Of a stretch of 64,000 bases of DNA, positions 38,307 through 48,772 are shown piece by piece. The stretch is taken from the IMG/VR virus record IMGVR_UViG_3300025131_000021, positions 1-64,000 of that record; one strand, 5' to 3'. The position numbers and the translations under genes were made by a program. The notes beneath the pieces were generated by a model. The model had not been told where the DNA came from. It did no database searches and saw only the letters and a program-made list of their open reading frames with translations. Each line of letters begins with the position of its first letter. Position 1 is the first letter of the stretch. The DNA comes from an uncultured virus (IMG/VR IMGVR_UViG_3300025131_000021). Lineage: Duplodnaviria; Heunggongvirae; Uroviricota; Caudoviricetes.

Positions 38307-39446
38307 ATGTCAGGATCAATAGAAAGTGGTATACCTAATCGCTATAAGACAGGTGCAGGATTATATAATAAAATGTCCGGCATCTATATTGGCAAAGTAA
38401 AAAAGAATGAAGATAAAGAAAACCACGGCAGAGTCTGGGTATGGATTGGCTCAACTGGATCTTCTGAAGATGATGAACGCTATTGGCTTCCTGTTGTTTA
38501 TACTAGTCCATTTGCAGGAGCAACAGATCAATTAAAAGTATCACCAGGTAAAACTTATAAAGCCACACAAAAAAGTTACGGCTGGTGGGCAACGCCTCCA
38601 GATATTAATAACTATGTAATTTGTGCATTTCCTGAAGGTGTGCCGTGGGGTATATGGTTTTCTTGTTTATATCAAACCAGTACAAATCAAACAGTACCGG
38701 GTATTCCTTATGATACTACTACTGCTGGAGAGTTTCCGGCGGCTAACAAAAATAGATTATCGCAAGGTAAAAAAGATACAACATTCCCGCCACATGATAT
38801 AATAAAAGCCGGACTTACTACCCAAGGACTAGAAAAAGATAAAGTACGTGGACTAACAACTAGTGGAGCAAGACGAGAAAGTCCGAGTAAAGTATTAGGC
38901 ATACTAAGTCCAGGACAACATCAGTTTGTTATAGACGACGAGGATCCTGATAGTGGTATACGATTGCGTACTGCTAATGGTGCCCAAATTTATATAAATG
39001 ATACCAATAATTTTATCTACATTATTAATAAAGATGGTAGCAGTTGGGTTGAAATGGACGGTGACGGCCAAATCAATATGTATGCAAAGAATAATATTAA
39101 CATACATAGTGAAGCCAATGTTAACATACATGCTAATCAAGATATACGTATGCAAGCAGATAATATTGTAGGTATAAAAGCACTTGCCGATGTACATTTA
39201 GAAAGTGTTGGCAAAATGAATATCCAATCAGGTGATAATTTAATGATAACAACGGATGCAGATGGCAATATAAAATGTGCAGGCGGATATAAAGAAACTG
39301 CAAGTAGAATTGACATGAACGGGCCACCAGCGACTGCCGCAACTAAATTAACACCTAATTCGTTAGGCGAAAATAAAAATGTAACGTCTAGCATAGCAGT
39401 AAAAGTTCCAGAACACGAGCCGTGGAAAGGACACATAAATCAATAA
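38307..39446 (+). CDS. gp5: Baseplate central spike (gp5/VgrG-like, OB fold plus beta-helix)
   Basis: YIGKVKKNED..GRVWVWI, PPDINNYVICAF, GQHQFVIDD, repeated INIHS/VNIHA beta-helix, PEHEPW. Confidence 0.85.
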   Translation: MSGSIESGIPNRYKTGAGLYNKMSGIYIGKVKKNEDKENHGRVWVWIGSTGSSEDDERYWLPVVYTSPFAGATDQLKVSPGKTYKATQKSYGWWATPPDINNYVICAFPEGVPWGIWFSCLYQTSTNQTVPGIPYDTTTAGEFPAANKNRLSQGKKDTTFPPHDIIKAGLTTQGLEKDKVRGLTTSGARRESPSKVLGILSPGQHQFVIDDEDPDSGIRLRTANGAQIYINDTNNFIYIINKDGSSWVEMDGDGQINMYAKNNINIHSEANVNIHANQDIRMQADNIVGIKALADVHLESVGKMNIQSGDNLMITTDADGNIKCAGGYKETASRIDMNGPPATAATKLTPNSLGENKNVTSSIAVKVPEHEPWKGHINQ

Positions 39447-40756
39447 TGTGGATAGGCACAGACTGTCAACAAGACGAAGTGTTTGATAAAGACACTTACA
39501 CGTGGCCAACAGGACAAAAATATACTGGCGAATTTACAAAAAATCCAAATACAAATAAAAATAATCCACCAATGATTCCGCACGGCAATGGTACATGTGA
39601 ATATCCGGACGGAAGAAAATTTGTTGGTACATTTAATTTAGGACAACCTGTAAAAGGAGAATGGAATGTAGCAACAGATATAGTACAGGATAACAAAATG
39701 TATACTTCTGATGGCAGAGTATACGAAGGAAATTGGAAAGACGGTAATGCTAAGTTAACATTGCATACGGGTACAATATATGAAGGTGTCTTTAAAAACG
39801 GAAAAATAATTAAAGGAACAATGACATATCCTTCTGGAAGGAAATGGAATGGTAAATTTGATGAAGATATGCAACGATATATTCATGATCCAGTAAAAGA
39901 AACAATAGTACCTAGAGGTAAAAGAACATACTATGGAGAAGTTAATAAATTTGGCGAAGAAGATGGCATAGGATATTTTACTATCGAAGATGGTACACAA
40001 GGAGCAGGCGAATTTACTAACGGATGGTTATCGGGCATTTCAGTTTTACAAAGAGCTTCAGGAGAAACATATGCTATTGATAGAAAAGGCAACAGTAAAG
40101 AAGGACACGGCATTTATGTTTGGCCAGCAAAGAATGCATACGAAGAAGATACATGGTATATCGGAGAATTTAAAAACGCAAAACCAGAAGGGTTTGCAAT
40201 ATTCAAAACAAGTTATGGATATACATGGATTGGCGAAGTTAATAGATCGTGGATGCCAGTAGAAGGCCGCGGAAATTGGTTTAATAGATATAATCAGCCT
40301 GTAAAATTGCCTATATGGATTGGTGGTGAAAAAAAGTTTGAAGGCTTTGGTACAAATATTGCTTCAAACGGAGTATACTATCAAGGAGATTGGGTTAATG
40401 GACAACGACATGGCTGGGGTATTCATACTAAACCAGATGGATATAGATATGAAGGCGAATTTAAACACGATAAAAAACACGGCAAAGGAATATTTTTTAA
40501 GGCAAAACATAATAGTGTCTACGAAGGCGAGTTTGCTTATAACCTACCTAATGGTTACGGAATACGTTATAACCCAGAAGGCCCAGGCGGCCCAGTTATA
40601 CATAGGGGAACATTTAAAAACGGGTTGTACTACGGAAAAGGAGAAATGCGATTTAGTGATTGCACATCCTTTTTTGGCACGTGGAACAACGGTAAATTAA
40701 TTAAGGAGGATGTAAAACGATATGAAGAACACACAGGAACACAATACCCAACTTGA
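39446..40756 (+). CDS. MORN-repeat protein
   Basis: Many YxGxW/F..G..HG.G repeats; ATG at 39446 overlaps the gp5 stop (TAATG). Confidence 0.85.
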   Translation: MWIGTDCQQDEVFDKDTYTWPTGQKYTGEFTKNPNTNKNNPPMIPHGNGTCEYPDGRKFVGTFNLGQPVKGEWNVATDIVQDNKMYTSDGRVYEGNWKDGNAKLTLHTGTIYEGVFKNGKIIKGTMTYPSGRKWNGKFDEDMQRYIHDPVKETIVPRGKRTYYGEVNKFGEEDGIGYFTIEDGTQGAGEFTNGWLSGISVLQRASGETYAIDRKGNSKEGHGIYVWPAKNAYEEDTWYIGEFKNAKPEGFAIFKTSYGYTWIGEVNRSWMPVEGRGNWFNRYNQPVKLPIWIGGEKKFEGFGTNIASNGVYYQGDWVNGQRHGWGIHTKPDGYRYEGEFKHDKKHGKGIFFKAKHNSVYEGEFAYNLPNGYGIRYNPEGPGGPVIHRGTFKNGLYYGKGEMRFSDCTSFFGTWNNGKLIKEDVKRYEEHTGTQYPT

Positions 40757-41069
40757 AGCAGGTAATCTTAATAACGGTATTGGCATCAAAAAGTATAAAC
40801 TTAAAAAACATGCCGGAGTTTTTAAGCATAATATAGAAAACGGCGTAGGCATTACAGAATGGCCATCGGGTGCTAAACTATATGGTTATTTTAAAGATGG
40901 CACAATAAACAGTTTAGGACTTTTTATAACAAGTAATAAATTAAGATACTATGGTAAAATAAAAGATTTCAAGCCTGTTAATAATAAACATTGGTTTGAT
41001 GATAACAACAATGCAGTTAATTTTACCTTGGAAGAGTCAGTCAATATATTTGCAAAAGAAATAAGTTAA
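40722..41069 (+). CDS. Short degenerate MORN-repeat protein
   Basis: HAGVFKHNIENGVG, WPSGAKLYGYFKDG. Confidence 0.65.
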   Translation: MKNTQEHNTQLEAGNLNNGIGIKKYKLKKHAGVFKHNIENGVGITEWPSGAKLYGYFKDGTINSLGLFITSNKLRYYGKIKDFKPVNNKHWFDDNNNAVNFTLEESVNIFAKEIS

Positions 41070-41090
41070 ATATATGTAAGGAATATTTTA

Positions 41091-41855
41091 ATGATAACAG
41101 TAGCACCAACAGTTGATTTTAGTATTTTTACAGCCTCAACGACTGTCGACACAACAACAAAGGCATTAATAACCAGTTTTTCATTAAGTACGGCCGGTAA
41201 ATCGTTTATTTTATCGCAAACACGTTATCGCCCTGTAAGAATATATCAAAACGGATCATATCAACAAGGTTATTATAATACTACTCTTGATTTTGAATAT
41301 GGGCTAACCTCAACAGAAGCATACAGAGTATACGAACAAGATGTTGCAGATGCCGCAATATTTGTTAAAAACTTTTATCCCGACACTACAACATGCACCC
41401 AAAATCAATTTGATGTGTTAGTTAGTTTATATTTCTTTGAAAGAAATTTACGAACATTTATAGGTAATTCAGGTACATACGATATACAAACTGCATTCTT
41501 ATCTGGTACTGCTGAAAATTTTGCAAATATATTAATGGATACATCTGCTAACAGACAACGACATTTTAAGGAAGCAAAAATATATGCCTTAGGAGAGTAT
41601 GGAGATGCGTTAACTACGGCGTGGCTTCGCAATGAAGGTATACAGTATATGCGAGCTAATTATCCGGATAATTTTCCTAGTGCGGCGAGCAGTCCAACGA
41701 CCGAGCAAAAAAGGCAAGCTCGGTTATCCTATTACCGTGAAGTTCAACTTTGGCTAACAGGAATGACCGAGCTTGAAAAGCAAGATACAACTAACTTATA
41801 TGATCAAGTTGTTGCAGGAACAATTGATCCTTTAAAGGCATTAATTGTTAAATGA
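41091..41855 (+). CDS. Degenerate GH24 lysozyme-like baseplate protein
   Basis: LSTAGKSFIL, TQNQFDVLVSL, RQRHFKEAKIY; TTAAATA at 41066 and AAGGA RBS. Confidence 0.6.
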   Translation: MITVAPTVDFSIFTASTTVDTTTKALITSFSLSTAGKSFILSQTRYRPVRIYQNGSYQQGYYNTTLDFEYGLTSTEAYRVYEQDVADAAIFVKNFYPDTTTCTQNQFDVLVSLYFFERNLRTFIGNSGTYDIQTAFLSGTAENFANILMDTSANRQRHFKEAKIYALGEYGDALTTAWLRNEGIQYMRANYPDNFPSAASSPTTEQKRQARLSYYREVQLWLTGMTELEKQDTTNLYDQVVAGTIDPLKALIVK

Positions 41856-43439
41856 AACTATTTTATTATTATTATTATCTTCCCAATTTACCATATAATC
41901 CCATTCAAAAATAGTAACTTTACAATTACCAAATTCAGAAGTTCCAGGACCATCATTCCAAGTACCTAATTTTTTCTTTGGATTCTTATTTTTGAATATC
42001 ATCTCTGCAAAATCTTCCCCAGAGCCATAATCATTTGGTCCATTTAGTGCCCAATTAGTAAAAAGCGGATTCGAATTATCAAACCATCTCCAATCACCTT
42101 CACTACTCAAATCAGTTAATCCTATTCTTAATGTATACCCTGATACTTTATTGATTTTATCATTCAATTGGTTATAAAAATAATTTGCAATAAATTCATT
42201 TTCTTCATTTCCTTCAATTTTCACAGGATACGAATTGAATTCTTTTGATAGATTTTTAGCTATTGACCAAGTAACACACTTATTGGTTAATGCGTATGTA
42301 TGGTTTTGATAAACCGTAAAATGTGAAAAGTGTTCATCAATATGTGGACGAGCCATCTCTAAGGATTCAGGCTTAGAAGGAATAACGGCCAGGATTTTCT
42401 TTTCGCCCCGAACACAACGGACACTGTATTCTTTCGACTTATCCTTTGTTTCATCAGTCAAGGTCCAAAATTGTTCATAACGGCTATCATCCGGATAATC
42501 TCCTTTTTCAGGCAAAGTCCAATCATTGAATCCTTCGAGATCCAGATTTTTGCAATATTCAACAGCACCATACCAATTAAGGTGGTAATCAAATGCTTCT
42601 TTCTGCCACATCAGCCTGGTTGTTGGTTTATTAGTTGTTGGTTTATTATTAGAAACGAGTTTCTCGGGCGTTTTATTAACAACTTTTTTAGCAACAGACT
42701 TCCGTTTCTGTTTTTTATTCTTAATTTGTTCAAAGAGCTTGTTAGATTGCACAACCTGATTCATAGCAAGTGTCTGATTGTTCCTCTCAACTACTTGAAT
42801 TCTATTTTCAAGAGTTTCGTTTTTCTTAGATAATTTTGCTATTGTTTCAGATTGTTCTTCAATGTAGGTATTTGCAGTTTTCCTATTTGCTCTGCAAGTT
42901 TCCATTTCATCCCGTGGAACTTTTATTAATGTCGACACTACAAAAGAATGTCCCATAAAACTTCCACCATGAAAGTTACTGTATCGTTCTAAATAGCGAT
43001 CCTCGGTTGTTACATTTCCCATATATAATTCTGCTCTCATTTTAGCAAACGAATTACCTTGGGTCAATGTATCAATTACACCGCCATTACCGCCAATACT
43101 AACATCTTTATGTTCTTCAATAACAGAAACATTAAGTCCACAGTAACGAGCAAACGCAATCATGGCATCATTAAATGATTCATTTTTTGCATCTTTACGT
43201 TCTGAACGTCTTGCTGACATTCCAACAAAATAAAATGCATCACCTTCTTTTGGAGTTTTTCGCAACCAATCAGGTTCTATTGCAGGCTCAGTATGATCTA
43301 GTTGAGAATATCCTGATATTTTTACTTTGTTTATTTCTTGAGATTTTGCTTTTGGAGTAGTAGCCGTCGCAGTTGAACAACTAATTATAAACGGAAGGAG
43401 TAAGTATAAAATCTTATCCTTTATTGTTATATTTTTCAT
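41841..43439 (-). CDS. Lipoprotein: LPP20-like + coiled coil + DUF1566/Lcl-like + C-type lectin
   Basis: Lipobox IISC; EPDWL..FYFVGMS; LMWQK..WYGAVEYC..DWTLP..VRCVR; IGLTD..EGDWRW..NW..PND..WND. Confidence 0.75.
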   Translation of the reverse strand: MKNITIKDKILYLLLPFIISCSTATATTPKAKSQEINKVKISGYSQLDHTEPAIEPDWLRKTPKEGDAFYFVGMSARRSERKDAKNESFNDAMIAFARYCGLNVSVIEEHKDVSIGGNGGVIDTLTQGNSFAKMRAELYMGNVTTEDRYLERYSNFHGGSFMGHSFVVSTLIKVPRDEMETCRANRKTANTYIEEQSETIAKLSKKNETLENRIQVVERNNQTLAMNQVVQSNKLFEQIKNKKQKRKSVAKKVVNKTPEKLVSNNKPTTNKPTTRLMWQKEAFDYHLNWYGAVEYCKNLDLEGFNDWTLPEKGDYPDDSRYEQFWTLTDETKDKSKEYSVRCVRGEKKILAVIPSKPESLEMARPHIDEHFSHFTVYQNHTYALTNKCVTWSIAKNLSKEFNSYPVKIEGNEENEFIANYFYNQLNDKINKVSGYTLRIGLTDLSSEGDWRWFDNSNPLFTNWALNGPNDYGSGEDFAEMIFKNKNPKKKLGTWNDGPGTSEFGNCKVTIFEWDYMVNWEDNNNNKIVSFNN

Positions 43440-43462
43440 TTTGCCTTTATTTGCCTAAGTTT

Positions 43463-43491
43463 AAAAGAAAGGAGTGACCTAAGCCACTCCT
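43463..43491 (-). terminator. Rho-independent terminator
   Basis: Minus AGGAGTGGC-TTAG-GTCACTCCT-TTCTTTT. Confidence 0.75.
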
Positions 43492-43499
43492 GAGTGAGT

Positions 43500-44216
43500 T
43501 TATTGAGTTACAGGTGCCTCAAGTGGGCTAACTTCAGTTTGAAAAAAGTCATCATCGTTGATGCCTTCTTTTTCAACTATTTCCCAGAACTTAAGACTAT
43601 TGACTGCCTGCTCTTGAGCGGCCGCCGTTACTGCATTACTTGCTTCTTGCTTTGCTTTAAAAACATTATGCTTGGCAGTATTACCAAATGCCTCAATAAA
43701 ATGTTTCTTTGGCATTGACACAAGTGCAAAATACTTGTATCCTGGGCGTCCGACCATGTCGGCTTCACGCTCAAAATACCACTTAGTAGTACGAGCACCT
43801 TTAAGTACATTCATATGAACGAACTTATAATAGCCCCTTGAACCTATTGTTGGTGCAAGTGTAGCACCATCAAGACCGAAACCTAATTCGGCTTCTTCAT
43901 ACTTTGCTTTTGCTACGGTACTCAAATACTCCATACCGGAGAACAACGCATCACGTTTCGCGGCACGTCTTGCCGATTTTTCAGTGGCGTAAAGTGAACT
44001 TACACCAGTAAAATAAATCAGATCTCCATCAAGCAATGGTTCATTCATTACCCACTCAGGACGATCAGATTGGTCTGGATACGTGATTGGTTTTAGTTGC
44101 TGAACAGTAGTAGTAGCAATTAAACTATCACTAACTGACGAACTAATCGATGGCCTTTTGTCACTACATCCGACAGCCACCATTGCAATTACCATTGCAA
44201 CGAGGATATTTTTCAT
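43500..44216 (-). CDS. LPP20-like lipoprotein
   Basis: MKNILVAMVIAMVAVGC lipobox; RPEWV..IYFTGVS..ARRAA motif. Confidence 0.75.
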   Translation of the reverse strand: MKNILVAMVIAMVAVGCSDKRPSISSSVSDSLIATTTVQQLKPITYPDQSDRPEWVMNEPLLDGDLIYFTGVSSLYATEKSARRAAKRDALFSGMEYLSTVAKAKYEEAELGFGLDGATLAPTIGSRGYYKFVHMNVLKGARTTKWYFEREADMVGRPGYKYFALVSMPKKHFIEAFGNTAKHNVFKAKQEASNAVTAAAQEQAVNSLKFWEIVEKEGINDDDFFQTEVSPLEAPVTQ

Positions 44217-44293
44217 AACATTCCCTTTCAATTAAGGATTAACAGTTAAATTATGTGTTTACACGATGCAAACACTTCTGACCTCATGCAATT

Positions 44294-44322
44294 ATTATAC
44301 ACTATGCACACTCTAGAGTCAA
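44294..44322 (-). promoter_or_regulatory. sigma70-type early promoter for lipoprotein genes
   Basis: TTGACT-17 bp-TATAAT; shares TAGTGTATAATA with the gp55 promoter. Confidence 0.75.
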
Positions 44323-45009
44323 CCTCTTTTTTAATTTTTTTTCATAATAGAGCCATTTTTTTGCAAAATCGCACGATTTTGTTTCATTTGCCCAAGGGCC
44401 ACCTAGTGTATAGTGATAAATTTTTATATTTTTGATTGGATTGTATTCGCCTACGAGGAAATTATAGTGTATAGGCATTTTACCTATAAAGGGGGTTTCG
44501 GTCCATCTAAAGTGCATTAAATCACTTGCTGGAGCATTATTAACATAAGATAATGTTAACTTTCTGCAATCAGGATGTCCGTTATTAAACAACATAAAAC
44601 TTGCCCAATTCTTACGTGGAAAGGCTGAATTGTGTTCATCTTTAACGCCTGAAGCAATATATTTTGATTTAGTAGGAGTATAATTATGCTGAACTACACT
44701 AACCGCTTGCATATCATTTATATAACGAAGCGTTTCCATTAGATTACATTCAACAATAAAGTCATCATCCATGAATATACTGTAACCTTCAAATTTACAA
44801 AAAGCAGGACACATAAATCGAGCAATAGTGTGATCTGTATTTTGATCCGGTGCTCGTTTTCTAGTCCATCCTGCTAGGTGCTGAGGATGCATAGGAAAGA
44901 TACGAGCCTCAGGATTATATGTTAAAACGCTTTCTTTACACACATCCGACACATGAGGGCGTTCATGTGTGAGTCCTATGAAGATGTTTAATTTAGGTAG
45001 TTTTTTCAT
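44302..45009 (-). CDS. Glycosyltransferase (GT-A/GT8-like)
   Basis: IFIG, ARF, IFMDDD (DxD), VVQH, PRKNWASFMLFN, YNFLVG, HYTLGGPW. Confidence 0.85.
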   Translation of the reverse strand: MKKLPKLNIFIGLTHERPHVSDVCKESVLTYNPEARIFPMHPQHLAGWTRKRAPDQNTDHTIARFMCPAFCKFEGYSIFMDDDFIVECNLMETLRYINDMQAVSVVQHNYTPTKSKYIASGVKDEHNSAFPRKNWASFMLFNNGHPDCRKLTLSYVNNAPASDLMHFRWTETPFIGKMPIHYNFLVGEYNPIKNIKIYHYTLGGPWANETKSCDFAKKWLYYEKKLKKRLTLECA

Positions 45010-45011
45010 CG

Positions 45012-45018
45012 ATAAATA
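45012..45018 (+). promoter_or_regulatory. Putative late promoter for gp25-gp6-wedge operon
   Basis: ATAAATA upstream of ATG 45041. Confidence 0.6.
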
Positions 45019-45040
45019 TATAAAATTGAAGGTACTTCGT

Positions 45041-45424
45041 ATGGCTAAGATTCTATTTAAAGGTTACTCAACAATCGATAAGAAGATTGGAAGTACGCAA
45101 CTTTTTGATTTAAATTTAGCAAAACAAGATTTAATGAACCATTTTTACACCAGACGTGGTGAACGTGTAATGGAACCAACTTTCGGTAGTCTTATCCCTA
45201 CATTGTTATTTAACCCGATTAATAACGATATGGATGATATAATTTTACAAGATGCTGAATCAATTATAGATACAGACCCACGTTTTGAATTAGTTACAGC
45301 AGATACCACAATTAATGCAGATGCTAATTCAATTACATTAAACTTATTATTAAACTATACACCAGATGATAAACAAGTAACTATGGAGTTACAATTCGAC
45401 GCAAGAGCTGAAGAGGCAGTATAA
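45041..45424 (+). CDS. gp25: Baseplate wedge protein gp25-like
   Basis: KQDLMNHFYTRRGERVMEPTFGS..DPR. Confidence 0.9.
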   Translation: MAKILFKGYSTIDKKIGSTQLFDLNLAKQDLMNHFYTRRGERVMEPTFGSLIPTLLFNPINNDMDDIILQDAESIIDTDPRFELVTADTTINADANSITLNLLLNYTPDDKQVTMELQFDARAEEAV

Positions 45425-48400
45425 ATGGCAACAACATTACGACAGAAAAAACTTTTAGCCGCTGAAGATTTCACGGCTTTGTATGAATCATTTGCAAGTG
45501 CAAATTTTAAAGCATACGATTATGATAGTATCAGAGAAGCATTAATTAACTATGTACAAGACAATTATGCTGAAGATTATAACGATTGGATTGAAAGTAG
45601 TGAATTTGTTGCTCTAGTAGATTTGTTTAGTTTCATTGGACATAGTATTGCATTTAGATTAGATTTAACAACTAGAGAAAATATTCTTGATACTGCAACT
45701 AAATCTTCAAGTGTTTTAAATCTTGCAAGATTTGTTGGATATAATCCAAGCAGATGTAATCCTGCAACAGGTTTATTAAAATTAAAAGCATTACGTACAA
45801 CAGAAACCATATACGATTTTAATGGGACTGATATAGGTAATACTGATATAATTTGGGGTGATGCAAGTAACACCGATTATTATGAACAATTTATTACAGT
45901 ATTAAATAGGGCATTTCAAACTATTAATCAATTTGGAAATCCTTATAAAAAAGGAACAGTTGATAACATATCAACTGAAGTATATAAATTAAATTCTAAT
46001 ACAGAAAAAGCAGAGGTTACATATCCTTTTACTGCTATTGCTAATGGATCTTCTCATTCATTTGAAGTTGTTAATGGAACATTTAAAGATACTGAATATT
46101 TTTACGAAGACGATCCAGATCCAAGTGCCGCAATGAGTTTATATTATAGAAATGATGGAACAGGATTTTTAAGTAAGGATACTGGATTCTTTGTAATGTT
46201 TAAGCAAGGGTCATTGCAACATACAGATTATACATTAGATAAAGCAATAGAAAACAGAGTTATAGATATTGATACCGAAAATATTAATAATACTGACGTA
46301 TGGGTACAAAATATTAGTGCCGATGGTACTGTAACAACCGCAAACAAATGGACTAAAGTAGATAGCACCGAAGGTAACAATGTAATATACAATTCATTAA
46401 ACAAAAACATACGTAAGATTTTTTCTGTAATTTCAAGATTAAATGATACTATTAGTATTAAATTTGCTGATGGTAACTATGGTGAAATTCCACGTAACCT
46501 AATGAGAGTGTGGTATAGAACTAGCAATGGCGACACATATGTTTTACGAAGTGCTGATGTACAAGATGTATCTATAACAATTCCATATATTGGAATTGAT
46601 GGATTGTCATATGATTTAACATGCACATTTGATTTAGAGTATACTGTTAGAACTGCTACCGCAACCGAAAGTGTAGATAATATTAAACAAAATGCACCAT
46701 TAGTTTATGCAAGTCAAAACAGAATGGTTTCAGCACAAGACTATACAGTATTTCCATATACTCAAAGTAGTGCCGTTAAAAAAGTAAAAGCAGTTAATAG
46801 AACCAATATTGGACATAATAGATTTTTAACATTTAACGATCCAACCGGCGTATATACTAATCTTAACATTTTTGGATCAGATGGGTACATTTACAAAGAT
46901 TCATTATTAAAACGAAAAATTATAACATTGCCTAGTACATATACAAATCAAGAAATAGCAGACGATTTAATGACTAACATGTTATTTGATGCTGATGTTA
47001 TGAATTTTTATTACGAGAATTATCCTAAGATTACTGGAACACCTTATTTGGCATCTTCGGATTCAGCAGTAAAAATCTTTAGACAAGTGTCAAGTACGTC
47101 AACAACATCAACTGGATATTTTAAAGTTGGTGGATCATTAACAACAGCGGCGGCAGTTGGCACTAGTTACACAACAGATACAATTTTAAAAGTTATTAAA
47201 AAAGATGCATTACTGGGGTTTGTAGAACCAGCAACTGGAGATACTGAAGAGTCAACATGGGCGTCAAGTACTGCACATACAATAACATGGGCAAAAGTTT
47301 TAAGTGTAACAGGCTCAGGGTTAGGTACATTTGATACTGATGGAAACTATACTGGTAAAGATACTGCTGGTGTCGGAACAATATCACTTAGTCAACGTAT
47401 ACCCGATAATGCTAGAATTCGACATGCAGTACCACATTTTAGAAGGAAGTTTACACCATCTGAACGAGATTTAATTGTTGAACAATTATCTTTAAAAAAT
47501 AGTTTTGGTATAGGATACGACGAAGGACTAGATTTATGGTGGATCGTAGACGAAGATAACATCAGTGAACCATCAACTACATTTGTAAGAAATGTTGTTC
47601 AAGATAATACAAATACTAATCCAAGTTGGATTATACGTGCTGAAGTTAAAAATAATAAAATAGAATTCTTAATTAGACATTCTAGGTATATTTTTAGTAG
47701 TGATAAAGAAGTACGTTTTTATAATCCAAATATTAAACGATCAATTGATGTAGACACAAATAAACCTGTTGTTGACCAGATTAGTGTATTAGGTACTAAT
47801 ACTAAACCTGGAGAAACAACATTAATAGGGTCTGATATTAAATTTAATCCTGTCGGAACAGTAACATATAATGATGGATACAGCGATCCAACTAAATTAA
47901 TTATTTCTCCAGCAGATGAGAACTTAGATTTAGTACCAGATTTTCCAGATTCATTTGAACAGATTGTAGGTGCCGATACAAACAAAATATATTTTAATAA
48001 AGTAACTGAGGGTGGATACGAATATGAACGTTATACTCCTAATACTACAACTACAACAAAAACAGGACGAGCGACATTAAAATTTCAATGGAAGCATTAT
48101 GCAACTGATGAAAGAAAAATCGATCCATCAGCAAGTAACATTATTGATATATTTGTATTAACAGAAAATTATGACAACGAATTTAGAGAATGGTTAGCGG
48201 CAAACGGATCGGTTAGTACAAAACCAGCCGAACCAACACAAACAGATCTTAATACATTATTAAGTGGTATAAAAGATTATAAAATGAGTTCGGACGAAAT
48301 TGTCTTTAAACCAGTAAAGTATAAAATATTATTTGGACAGAAAGCAGATTTAGAAATGCAGGCTAGATTTAAAGTTATTAAAGCACCGGGCATAAACCTA

Positions 48401-48772
48401 ACAGACAACGAAATAAAAAGTAAAGTAATTACCGCAATAGATGCGTATTTTAATGTTGAAAATTGGGATTTTGGTGAAACATTCTATTTTACAGAATTAT
48501 CAGCATACATACACCAATCATTAGCAGGTATTGTAAGTTCTGTTGTTATTGTTCCTGTAAGTCAAGCAAGTGTATTTGGTGATTTATTTCAAATTACACC
48601 AAACTTAGATGAAGTGTTTATTAGCTCAGCACACATAACAGATGTTGAAATTGTTTCAGCATTAACAGATACTAATTTAAGAACAACTGCAACAACTGCA
48701 ACAGAATCAAGTACAGAAGAAATTGTTACCACATCGTTTGTAGGTGGTAGTACATCAACAGGGTCGTATTAA
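45425..48772 (+). CDS. gp6: Baseplate wedge protein gp6-like
   Basis: DYDSIREALINY, LARFVGYNP, FADG..G.IP, ESVDNIKQNAP..YASQNRMVSAQDY, WDFGETFY. Confidence 0.9.
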   Translation: MATTLRQKKLLAAEDFTALYESFASANFKAYDYDSIREALINYVQDNYAEDYNDWIESSEFVALVDLFSFIGHSIAFRLDLTTRENILDTATKSSSVLNLARFVGYNPSRCNPATGLLKLKALRTTETIYDFNGTDIGNTDIIWGDASNTDYYEQFITVLNRAFQTINQFGNPYKKGTVDNISTEVYKLNSNTEKAEVTYPFTAIANGSSHSFEVVNGTFKDTEYFYEDDPDPSAAMSLYYRNDGTGFLSKDTGFFVMFKQGSLQHTDYTLDKAIENRVIDIDTENINNTDVWVQNISADGTVTTANKWTKVDSTEGNNVIYNSLNKNIRKIFSVISRLNDTISIKFADGNYGEIPRNLMRVWYRTSNGDTYVLRSADVQDVSITIPYIGIDGLSYDLTCTFDLEYTVRTATATESVDNIKQNAPLVYASQNRMVSAQDYTVFPYTQSSAVKKVKAVNRTNIGHNRFLTFNDPTGVYTNLNIFGSDGYIYKDSLLKRKIITLPSTYTNQEIADDLMTNMLFDADVMNFYYENYPKITGTPYLASSDSAVKIFRQVSSTSTTSTGYFKVGGSLTTAAAVGTSYTTDTILKVIKKDALLGFVEPATGDTEESTWASSTAHTITWAKVLSVTGSGLGTFDTDGNYTGKDTAGVGTISLSQRIPDNARIRHAVPHFRRKFTPSERDLIVEQLSLKNSFGIGYDEGLDLWWIVDEDNISEPSTTFVRNVVQDNTNTNPSWIIRAEVKNNKIEFLIRHSRYIFSSDKEVRFYNPNIKRSIDVDTNKPVVDQISVLGTNTKPGETTLIGSDIKFNPVGTVTYNDGYSDPTKLIISPADENLDLVPDFPDSFEQIVGADTNKIYFNKVTEGGYEYERYTPNTTTTTKTGRATLKFQWKHYATDERKIDPSASNIIDIFVLTENYDNEFREWLAANGSVSTKPAEPTQTDLNTLLSGIKDYKMSSDEIVFKPVKYKILFGQKADLEMQARFKVIKAPGINLTDNEIKSKVITAIDAYFNVENWDFGETFYFTELSAYIHQSLAGIVSSVVIVPVSQASVFGDLFQITPNLDEVFISSAHITDVEIVSALTDTNLRTTATTATESSTEEIVTTSFVGGSTSTGSY

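Noticed and set aside
42400..42620. DGR variable region in the DUF1566/C-type lectin protein
   Set aside because: No reverse transcriptase and no adenine-variant template repeat seen in this window; a trans-acting DGR elsewhere cannot be excluded
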